43,217 nt of DNA from a virus (lineage: Duplodnaviria > Caudoviricetes): the IMG/VR virus record IMGVR_UViG_3300025018_003796, positions 1 to 43,217 of that record; one strand, 5' to 3'. The notes beneath the pieces are model-generated. The model saw nothing but the letters and a program-made list of their open reading frames with translations, made no database searches and was not told the origin of the DNA. A program made the translations under genes and the position numbers. Positions 17,733 through 24,424 of this stretch are shown here, piece by piece. The first letter of the stretch is position 1. Every line of letters starts with the position of its first letter.

Positions 17733-17997
17733 CCACCCCGTAATAAACCGCCAGCGCTTTGTCGGCCTTCTTGTAGAGCGCGCACAGCGCGGCCACCTCG
17801 GGAATATTGCTGCCGTCCGGCTTAACCCGGAAGGCCTCCACCTGGTGGATCAGGTAAATCCGGTGCATCCGCAGCGCGTTCGGCACCCGGTTCGCATTAT
17901 GGTTCTCCCGCAAGGCCGGTGTCCGCCCCACTCGCTCCGCCAGCTCGCAACACTCATCCAGCGACAGCCCCAGCATCTTCATCTCGTCCATCATCAA
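17719..17997 (-). CDS. Hypothetical protein
   Basis: 92 aa; starts just after a hairpin-element copy. Confidence 0.6.
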   Translation of the reverse strand: MMMDEMKMLGLSLDECCELAERVGRTPALRENHNANRVPNALRMHRIYLIHQVEAFRVKPDGSNIPEVAALCALYKKADKALAVYYGVDDVL

Positions 17998-18106
17998 CCC
18001 CCTAGCTCACCCTGGCCACTCGCGGCCAGGAAAAGAAGACAGGCGGCGGGGCGCTTTGCAGGGTTCATTAATTGTTCTTAACGATCCACGCCCCGCCGCA
18101 CCGGGA

Positions 18107-18337
18107 TCACACGACCCCGGATTTAAGAGATTCATTCCTAGCCCGCGACAACCGCGGCAACCGCCACAACTCCGCCCCCACCAGGTCCCGGATACGGTCA
18201 AGCTGGGCCGGGGCAATATGCGCCGGAATCCGCGCCTCGCTAAGCCGCGCCACCTGCCGCAACACCGCCAGCGTTTCATGGTCCTGCCCTAGCTCACCCT
18301 GGCCGCTCGCGGGCAGTGGTCCAGCATCACACATCAT
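18107..18337 (-). CDS. Hypothetical protein
   Basis: 76-aa amphipathic ORF overlapping the ASCH gene stop; preferred over the Arg/Gly-rich alternative 18007-18279. Confidence 0.4.
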   Translation of the reverse strand: MMCDAGPLPASGQGELGQDHETLAVLRQVARLSEARIPAHIAPAQLDRIRDLVGAELWRLPRLSRARNESLKSGVV

Positions 18338-18956
18338 CCACCCCCGACCACTCGATCAGCCACCCCAGGAACGGCAACCCATGCGTAGCGCCGAACCAGT
18401 CGCGCATTTCCTCACAATCCTTGAACCCGTCCAGCGCGGCCAGATCCTGTCCATCGACCACCACGCCGCCAACAGACGCAACGCCGTAATCAACCCGCAC
18501 CGGCATCACCGCCGTGCAGACATCCGTGCGCAGCACTTCCTGCTTGCTCCGGTAGGGTTTCCCAGTCCAACGCCGCAGACTCACCCAATCGCCCACCTTG
18601 CACCTGGCCGTCTGGCGGATCGTCTGCCGCTTACTCCCCTCCCGCACCTTCTCCGCAAACTGATCCTGGAACAAAATCACCCTCACGCCCCCACCATCCT
18701 TCCCTTTAAAAGGAATCACGTTCTTAACTGGCAGTGGCTTGCGGCCATGCTTCACGCCCAGCCGATAGGCCCGCATAAGCGCCTTGTCGATTCGACTGGT
18801 CAGCCCCCTCGCCTCCTGGTAGGTTCTGAATGTACCCTTAATGAACACTGGCCCCTGGCCTTTTTCGTCCTCAACAACCTGCAACAACCAGTCACAAGGA
18901 CCAGAGGCGTTTCTTGGTTTAGTCGCCTGCATCAAGAATCCAATCCGCTCTTTCAT
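18327..18956 (-). CDS. ASCH/PUA-domain protein with an N-terminal extra domain
   Basis: ILFQDQFAEKVREGSKRQTIR (GxKxxTxR) and LAALDGF...MRDWF; possible internal GTG start at 18686. Confidence 0.8.
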   Translation of the reverse strand: MKERIGFLMQATKPRNASGPCDWLLQVVEDEKGQGPVFIKGTFRTYQEARGLTSRIDKALMRAYRLGVKHGRKPLPVKNVIPFKGKDGGGVRVILFQDQFAEKVREGSKRQTIRQTARCKVGDWVSLRRWTGKPYRSKQEVLRTDVCTAVMPVRVDYGVASVGGVVVDGQDLAALDGFKDCEEMRDWFGATHGLPFLGWLIEWSGVDDV

Positions 18957-19183
18957 GATCTTCTCTCTCCCATTGCTTTAATAATCGCCTCGGCTTCCTC
19001 GACCAACTCACGGCCATCAAAGGACCGATGAACCACAATCGCTTCCGCAAATGCCTCGCCAGTATCCGGGTCATTGAAGAAGACTCGCGGCGAGCAAGGG
19101 CACTGCGTCCCTTCTTCCTCATGCGGCTTCAAGTCATCAATTGGCAGAATATGGAACATGCTCGCCTTGCCTTTCATGCACAC
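18953..19183 (-). CDS. Small His/Cys phage protein
   Basis: HILPIDDLKPH...CPCSP...IVVHRSFDGRE motif. Confidence 0.65.
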   Translation of the reverse strand: MCMKGKASMFHILPIDDLKPHEEEGTQCPCSPRVFFNDPDTGEAFAEAIVVHRSFDGRELVEEAEAIIKAMGERRS

Positions 19184-19392
19184 ATCGTAAGATGCTGCTG
19201 CTCATAAATCCGGTCATACAAATCCTGCAAGTGCCTCCGTGAAATCACGCACACTTCTGAACCGTCTTCCAGTCCCAGGCGTTCCTGCCACTGCTAGAGA
19301 TAATCCTGCACCGTCATTCGCGTGTCTGTAGCCATCGAGATAACGCCCGCAGTCAGCACCAGGTTTGCCGGAGCACGCATCGGTTTTGCCAT
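19174..19392 (-). pseudogene. 72-codon ORF interrupted by an in-frame TAG (19294-19296)
   Basis: GAGGTG RBS and ATG 19392; MAKPMR...VQDYL*QWQERLGL...QQHLTMCA*, ending in an ATGA overlap with the next gene. Confidence 0.45.
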
Positions 19393-19485
19393 TTCTCACC
19401 TCTTTTCATCCAGTCCTGCCCCGCCGTTCACGGCGGGTCACCGTGTAGGTCAGCCGGGGCACTCGTGCCCCGGCCACCAATCGAA

Positions 19486-20334
19486 TCAGACCATGTTCTT
19501 GAAGTCGCCCGAATACACCGCCACGCCGGTTTCCGTCTTGATCGTGTCGTAGGCCGCCCCCACAACCGCATCAACAAACGCTTTCGGGCGGATAAGCTGG
19601 TAACCCAGCGTCAGGCGAGGCGGCCGCAGGTTGTAGCGGAACCGCGCCTGGATGTTCATCTGCTCGATCCCCCGGAACGGGGCCAGCTTGATCGTCAATT
19701 CCTTGGGGATCGCGATCTCGCCATTTTTACCAAGCGCAACGGCATCGGTTTTCTGGTCAACCACCAGGCCCACGTCGCCATTCTGCAGGTTCAACTTACC
19801 CTTGAAGCCGCAATCCTGCGTCGCGTTCAGGTTCAGGGCCAGTTCCAGCATCGTCGAGCCGTCCGGGTTAACGATGTCGTTCAGGTGGTCCTCGATGAAC
19901 AGCGCGAACGCCACATGGTCAAACATGTTGCCGTTGCTTCCGGTCCAGACCTTCCATTCGTCCGTTTCCGTCAGAACCAGCTTGGCCGTATGCGTGCACC
20001 AGTCCGCCTTCAGCGGGTCGTGGTAGTCGATGATTGCCAGGAACACATACGGCGATTCCAGCACCGAGGCGAATACCGTCGTCTGCGCCGTCTTGTACCG
20101 GTTCAGATACTCGCAGAAGCTCGAAACGCTGTTATGCGTCGTCGCCGCGCGGATCCGGTCCGGCATCTTCGGCTGCCAATCCGACAGATTCATCACCGAT
20201 TGATCACCCGGCACCAGCGCCAGCGGGATTTTCCCGTGTCCCTCGTGCCCCAGTTCCACAATCTTCAACGCCGATGCCGCCTGTGCCAGCTTCGCGATCT
20301 CCTGTACCTGGTACTCGCTAATTATGTCAGCCAT
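19486..20334 (-). CDS. DUF2303 (YfdQ-like) family protein
   Basis: SFCEYLNRY, AIIDYH, WCTHTAKL...EWKVW, FALFIEDHLNDI, LAPFRG...ARFRY; start MADIIS with GAGGTG RBS. Confidence 0.85.
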   Translation of the reverse strand: MADIISEYQVQEIAKLAQAASALKIVELGHEGHGKIPLALVPGDQSVMNLSDWQPKMPDRIRAATTHNSVSSFCEYLNRYKTAQTTVFASVLESPYVFLAIIDYHDPLKADWCTHTAKLVLTETDEWKVWTGSNGNMFDHVAFALFIEDHLNDIVNPDGSTMLELALNLNATQDCGFKGKLNLQNGDVGLVVDQKTDAVALGKNGEIAIPKELTIKLAPFRGIEQMNIQARFRYNLRPPRLTLGYQLIRPKAFVDAVVGAAYDTIKTETGVAVYSGDFKNMV

Positions 20335-20419
20335 CTCACACCTCGCTCTTTCTGTTTTCACCGTTTTCATTCTTTTACCCTCTCCTGAATGACTCACTCC
20401 CGTGGTCATTCAAACAACA

Positions 20420-20767
20420 TCACTCCGGGAATCCGGCATCCTTGCCGAACTCCACCTGGTTGGGATCGCGCCGCTGCAGCGTATTCTTCACCGTCGAGAA
20501 GAACATGCTCACCGCGCGCGGTTCAGGCGGAGGCACGACTTTCAGGTTGTACCCCACGATAATGCGATTCACGTCGCCCTTGAACGGTTCAAAATTCACA
20601 TTGAGTTCCAGCCGCCCCTTCTTACGCGTATCCCGCACCCCCTTAACGATCTTCTCGATCCCCTTCCCCAGGTCGAACACGCAATCCCCTTTCGCGAGTT
20701 CCTTGAGGAAGACAACCGCATCCATATTCATTTCATCCGCATTCGCAACCTGCTGCTCCTTAGCCAT
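20420..20767 (-). CDS. Conserved phage protein typically adjacent to DUF2303
   Basis: IVKGVRDTRKKGRLELNV...FFST..NTLQRRDPNQ. Confidence 0.75.
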   Translation of the reverse strand: MAKEQQVANADEMNMDAVVFLKELAKGDCVFDLGKGIEKIVKGVRDTRKKGRLELNVNFEPFKGDVNRIIVGYNLKVVPPPEPRAVSMFFSTVKNTLQRRDPNQVEFGKDAGFPE

Positions 20768-20802
20768 CCTGCACCTTCCTTTCCTGTTTCACCGTTACCC
20801 AC

Positions 20803-21879
20803 TCAATCCAGTCCCGCCCCGGCATTCCTGCCGGCCATCAACACCCGCCATGCGAGCGCAGCCACTGCCGGAACTTGCCCGTTGCCAAGGGCTTTAAGTC
20901 GGTCCACCCGAGCGGCCACCCCATTAGCCACTCGACCCACGTCGGGTTCAGACTCCCACCAGTCTCTATTGTTGCCGTCTGCGCACACAGAAGCCCCTTC
21001 TCCAGCATGTGTGAATGGCTCTTGCTCCCGATCGGCCCCAAACCTTTCGCGTCCGATGCTCTCGGGGTTCCGAATTTGTTCGATTCCTTCGGTCGGCATA
21101 TCGCCCCGTAAAGGGTGTCGTCCTTCTCCCGGTGCCCGCCCGCGCACTGGCTGTCTTCCGCCCGAGGAGTTGGGAAACGCATATTCACAGCCGCCGCAAG
21201 CTGCATCCCTGCTTTCCCTGCCGCCTGCGGCGGAGTCGGCTTCTTGCGCCGGTTGCTTCCCGCATGGGCAATCGGCGTCGGCCACATATTCACCGCCACA
21301 CAGAGACTTAGCCCGTGCTTTCCCGCCAACTGCGAGGGCGTCAGCCTCGTCTGCCGGTTCTCGTTCGCACTCGCCTGAGGCGTCGGCCAGTTCTGCCGCG
21401 ATCCATATCCGCTCCCGCTTGTGTGGCGCTCCGGCGTCGCAAGCCCCCAGCACACACCACCTTGCATCAAACCCCATCGCGGCCAGGTCTCCGAGAACAA
21501 CTCCAAGCCCCCGAACAGTGAGCATTGGTGAGTTTTCCACGAACACGAATCGCGGTCCCACTTCGCGAATGATCCTTGCAAACTCTTTCCAGAGTCCGCT
21601 GCGCTCGCCTGTGATTCCTGCCCCTTTTCCGGCGCATGAAATGTCTTGGCAAGGGAAACCCCCGCTGATGACATCGACCCGCCACGGCCACGGCCGGCCG
21701 TCGAACGTACGCACATCGTCCCAGATAGGGAATCGAGGTAAACATCCGTCAGCCTGCCGTTGCAGCAGAACTCGGCGTGGGTAATCTTCGATTTCAACGG
21801 CGGCAACGGGGTGCCACCCGTGCAACAATCCTCCGAGGATTCCCCCGCCGGCCCCCGCAAATAATGCCAGCTCATTCAC
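20803..21879 (-). CDS. DNA (cytosine-5)-methyltransferase, alpha-like polypeptide (motifs I-VIII and X)
   Basis: LFAGAGG (I), GGFPCQD (IV), VENS (VI), PHKRERIW (VIII), RLKALGNGQVP (X); motif IX is missing from this frame; GTG start at 21879. Confidence 0.9.
   Translation of the reverse strand: MNELALFAGAGGGILGGLLHGWHPVAAVEIEDYPRRVLLQRQADGCLPRFPIWDDVRTFDGRPWPWRVDVISGGFPCQDISCAGKGAGITGERSGLWKEFARIIREVGPRFVFVENSPMLTVRGLGVVLGDLAAMGFDARWCVLGACDAGAPHKRERIWIAAELADASGECEREPADEADALAVGGKARAKSLCGGEYVADADCPCGKQPAQEADSAAGGRESRDAACGGCEYAFPNSSGGRQPVRGRAPGEGRHPLRGDMPTEGIEQIRNPESIGRERFGADREQEPFTHAGEGASVCADGNNRDWWESEPDVGRVANGVAARVDRLKALGNGQVPAVAALAWRVLMAGRNAGAGLD
20838..21875 (-). CDS. Overlapping +1-frame C5-MTase partner polypeptide (beta-like; motif IX and PTP repeats)
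   Basis: 345-aa stop-free frame with LNPTWVEWLMGWPLGWT (motif IX) and four (W/F)(P/G)TP repeats; analogous to the M.EcoHK31I beta subunit. Confidence 0.8.
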   Translation of the reverse strand: MSWHYLRGPAGESSEDCCTGGTPLPPLKSKITHAEFCCNGRLTDVYLDSLSGTMCVRSTAGRGRGGSMSSAGVSLAKTFHAPEKGQESQASAADSGKSLQGSFAKWDRDSCSWKTHQCSLFGGLELFSETWPRWGLMQGGVCWGLATPERHTSGSGYGSRQNWPTPQASANENRQTRLTPSQLAGKHGLSLCVAVNMWPTPIAHAGSNRRKKPTPPQAAGKAGMQLAAAVNMRFPTPRAEDSQCAGGHREKDDTLYGAICRPKESNKFGTPRASDAKGLGPIGSKSHSHMLEKGLLCAQTATIETGGSLNPTWVEWLMGWPLGWTDLKPLATGKFRQWLRSHGGC

Positions 21880-22094
21880 ATATCCCCCGCCTTCAACAAC
21901 ACCGCCGCCACCGCCAGGCACAGACACACCAGCGCCGCCCCCGCGATCTCGAGTGCCACGCCGCCGTGCCACACCCGCACCCCCGCGAACATACAAACCA
22001 CCGCCGCCGCCGCCCCGATACCGTCCACCGCCAGCTTGCGCCAGCGCACACACCGCCGAGCCACAGAAACCCGCACAACCCGTTCCACGCTCAT
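21876..22094 (-). CDS. Small membrane protein (2 TM)
   Basis: Two hydrophobic stretches; overlap coupling at both ends. Confidence 0.6.
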   Translation of the reverse strand: MSVERVVRVSVARRCVRWRKLAVDGIGAAAAVVCMFAGVRVWHGGVALEIAGAALVCLCLAVAAVLLKAGDM

Positions 22095-22378
22095 ACCCCA
22101 CCATCCTTTCCTAGATCAGCAGGGGCACTCGTGCCCCGAATATCCGTCACGAACACCAACTGCCGCGCCTCCAGTTCCGCCGCCTTCCGCCGCCTCGTCT
22201 TCCATCCCTTCCGCCTGGCCGCCGCCGTTTTTCGCCGGTAATCCAGCGTTGCCGCCGCGATCTCCCGCTGCATCTGGTCGCACCGGTCCAGCGCCTGCCG
22301 CGCATCCGAGAGCGCCAGCGCCGCCCCCGCCACCGCCAGCACACAACAGAGAAGAACCACAACCGCCAGGAACATCAT
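22091..22378 (-). CDS. N-terminal TM, coiled-coil/basic protein
   Basis: AAAGGAG RBS, hydrophobic N-terminus, AARRKGWKTRRR. Confidence 0.6.
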   Translation of the reverse strand: MMFLAVVVLLCCVLAVAGAALALSDARQALDRCDQMQREIAAATLDYRRKTAAARRKGWKTRRRKAAELEARQLVFVTDIRGTSAPADLGKDGGV

Positions 22379-22650
22379 GTCTCCTTTAAAAACGTCAACG
22401 CTTGCGCCAGCATCGAAACATCCGCCCGCCGCAGTCGGTTCGTGTGCGGCACCCGCTGCAACCTGCCCGCCTGGATCCAGCCATAGACCGTCTGCCGGGA
22501 AACCCCCAGCAGCGCCGCCGCCGCCGTCACCGTCACCGTATGCCCATCCTGCGCCTTGCCCGAGAGCGGCGCCGCCGCCGCCCGCAGCCGATCCGGCCCC
22601 GCCGCCATCGCCAGCCGCACAACCTCGACCTTGAGCGCATCCGTCGTCAT
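22375..22650 (-). CDS. Excisionase-like HTH_17 DNA-binding protein
   Basis: VTVTAAAALLGVSRQTVYGWIQAGRL; ATG 22650 coupled to the upstream stop. Confidence 0.8.
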   Translation of the reverse strand: MTTDALKVEVVRLAMAAGPDRLRAAAAPLSGKAQDGHTVTVTAAAALLGVSRQTVYGWIQAGRLQRVPHTNRLRRADVSMLAQALTFLKET

Positions 22651-22856
22651 ACGAAAAGCTCCTCCCGCGACGCCTCCAGCACCTTTACCAGCCGCGCCGC
22701 CATCTTGTCCGTCGCCGCCCACTTCCCGTTCATGATCCGCGAGAAGTAGCTCTTGCTCATCCCGGACTGGTTCGCCGCCTCATTCGCCGTCATCCCCAGC
22801 AGTGCCAGCCGCACCTTGAACGCCCGTTTACGCTTCTCAACCACACTCACACTCAT
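22647..22856 (-). CDS. Cro/XRE-family HTH regulator
   Basis: GMTANEAANQSGMSKSYFSRIMNG...LVKVLE; 69 aa; second gene of the early operon. Confidence 0.85.
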   Translation of the reverse strand: MSVSVVEKRKRAFKVRLALLGMTANEAANQSGMSKSYFSRIMNGKWAATDKMAARLVKVLEASREELFV

Positions 22857-23212
22857 CCCACCCTCCTCATGCGCCGCGCCGCATCCCCTGCCCGATCCGA
22901 CGTCGCCAGTTCCTTCCGCGCCTTCGCCACCTCCACCCGCGGCACCCGCCCGTGCCCGCGCTCCTTGCGCGACATCGGCACGGGGGTAAGCTCGCTATTG
23001 TCCAGATCCTCGATCACCGCCACGTCATACTGTTCCCCGGCCCACAGCCGAACATTGCGGACCGCCTCCATCAGCGAAAGCGTGGGCGGGGGTTCGATAT
23101 ACCATCCGTCATCGGTCTCGATCCGCGTGGTGAACTCATCACCAATGAAATTGATTGTCGCCGTAGCGGACTGGCGGAAATACGAATATAGAGGTCTGGC
23201 GGTCACCGGCAT
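22853..23212 (-). CDS. Hypothetical protein, first gene of the early operon
   Basis: ATG 23212 with GGAG RBS; 119 aa. Confidence 0.6.
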   Translation of the reverse strand: MPVTARPLYSYFRQSATATINFIGDEFTTRIETDDGWYIEPPPTLSLMEAVRNVRLWAGEQYDVAVIEDLDNSELTPVPMSRKERGHGRVPRVEVAKARKELATSDRAGDAARRMRRVG

Positions 23213-23285
23213 TTGATACTCCGAACTGGTTGATTGTAATAATGTGCAAAAATGCAATAAACCAACCGAGATGCTTCTAGGCAAC

Positions 23286-23324
23286 AAAAAGGCGCTCCCC
23301 GGCGAAAAAAAGCCAGGGAGCGCC
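23286..23324 (-). terminator. Intrinsic terminator upstream of the early operon
   Basis: ggcgctccctggc/gccggggagcgcc stem followed by TTTTT on the minus strand. Confidence 0.75.
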
Positions 23325-23437
23325 AAAAACGATCATAGTGCCGCATTGCACCCAGGACGGAATAATCCACAACCCCTAGTGCATTAATTTCAGCCGCGCG
23401 GCTCATAATATATATTATACGACGTGATCTCATTTCG
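23286..23437 (-). ncRNA. Candidate structured leader/small RNA (about 150 nt)
   Basis: Bounded by a promoter (23443-23471) and a terminator. Nested helices gatca/tgatc, gtcgtat/atgcggc, agccg/cggct, tgcactagg/cctgggtgca. Confidence 0.4.
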
Positions 23438-23442
23438 GTGCC

Positions 23443-23471
23443 TTTATAACTGGAGCGGGTTTTCGTTGCAA
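23443..23471 (-). promoter_or_regulatory. Sigma70-type promoter TTGCAA-N17-TATAAA
   Basis: Exact 17-nt spacer and an upstream A/T tract (UP-like). Confidence 0.65.
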
Positions 23472-23500
23472 GCTCTTTTTCAACTTTTTTTCTTTTTAAT

Positions 23501-23529
23501 TTGACGTAGGCGGAAATCAGGCGGAAAAT
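23501..23529 (+). promoter_or_regulatory. Sigma70-type promoter TTGACG-N17-GAAAAT for the moron pair
   Basis: 17-nt spacer, T-tract UP element, AGGCGGAAA direct repeat across spacer and -10, AAAGGGAG RBS downstream. Confidence 0.65.
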
Positions 23530-23557
23530 ACTGGTGTCTTAACAAAGGGAGCTGGTT

Positions 23558-23980
23558 ATGAAGATTACAACAACAATGGTGTGCCTGGTGCTCGGGAGCA
23601 TGGTCGGGGTTGTGTATTTCGCGAACAAGCAACCAGAAAATAGGAAGGCAGTAAGTAACCATGTTGAAGACCGTTGGCGGGATTTGGCAATTCAAGAGAT
23701 CTCTCACAAGGCTGTGCTGCTCGGCATGAAGCACGGACTTGACGCTGACACAGCGACCACGATTGCCACCAATTACCTGATTCAGACGGATAGCGATACA
23801 CGGTGGCTTTTTGATGAAGAATGGTCTTACGGGGATCATCTTGTTATGACAGCTTTTTCAAACTGCGTGCAGGGCATGGACGTGAATCTGCAAGATGCGG
23901 CCGCGTTCATCTATGACCTTGATGTATGGATAAGAACTGAACGACAGATAGAAAATGCGTACAGGGATGATTCTGTATGA
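23558..23980 (+). CDS. Membrane-anchored moron protein, paralog 1
   Basis: N-terminal TM, low GC, opposite strand; C-terminal VNLQDAAAFIYDLDVW. Confidence 0.8.
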   Translation: MKITTTMVCLVLGSMVGVVYFANKQPENRKAVSNHVEDRWRDLAIQEISHKAVLLGMKHGLDADTATTIATNYLIQTDSDTRWLFDEEWSYGDHLVMTAFSNCVQGMDVNLQDAAAFIYDLDVWIRTERQIENAYRDDSV

Positions 23981-24405
23981 AAAAACTATTAATATGGGCG
24001 GCAGTGCTGGCGGGCATGATTCTTATTATCTTTGGCGTTCACAAAGCAAGGGAGCGCAACACGCGTATTGAGGCCATGCGAACTGAGTCGCACAGACGAG
24101 AATATATTGCTTGCGCGGAGTTGTTGACTTCTGATCTGGCGGGGCTTCTTTCGATTAGGTATCAGATCCCCCAGGATGCTGCCAAACGAATGGCGATTGC
24201 TTACGTAACAAAAGACGGCGTGAATTATTTAGTTGATTTCTTAGGAAACCGACTGGTCGATGCCGATACATACTCAATGGTTGTTAGAATCGCCAAAGAC
24301 AATAATGTTAACTTTGGAACCGCCGCCGCATTCCTGCATGATTTGGATGCTTGGCTTTCTGTTCGGGACGTCGTTTATTATCAATATGGAATAAAGACGG
24401 ACTGA
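23977..24405 (+). CDS. Membrane-anchored moron protein, paralog 2
   Basis: N-terminal TM, ATGA coupling; C-terminal VNFGTAAAFLHDLDAW. Confidence 0.8.
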   Translation: MKKLLIWAAVLAGMILIIFGVHKARERNTRIEAMRTESHRREYIACAELLTSDLAGLLSIRYQIPQDAAKRMAIAYVTKDGVNYLVDFLGNRLVDADTYSMVVRIAKDNNVNFGTAAAFLHDLDAWLSVRDVVYYQYGIKTD

Positions 24406-24424
24406 TCGCCGTGACGGGCGTTTT

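Larger units (their letters stand above)
13753..22138. repeat. Dispersed STAG-N-TCA-SC-hairpin element, 7 copies
   Basis: Copies at 13753, 16038, 16074 (no STAG), 18002, 18289, 19445 and 22111. The loop starts exactly 18 nt after the STAG start in all six full copies. Confidence 0.8.

Noticed and set aside
13753-22138. Hairpin repeats as a CRISPR array
   Set aside because: Copies are dispersed kilobases apart and diverged, with no regular spacers and no cas genes.
364-22989. Many long plus-strand ORFs (e.g. 4074-5150, 20402-21784)
   Set aside because: Antisense shadows of GC-rich minus-strand genes; no RBS or recognisable motifs.
23203-23433. 76-aa ORF across the early leader
   Set aside because: No SD, runs through a strong terminator, and is not protein-like; the structured-RNA interpretation is preferred.
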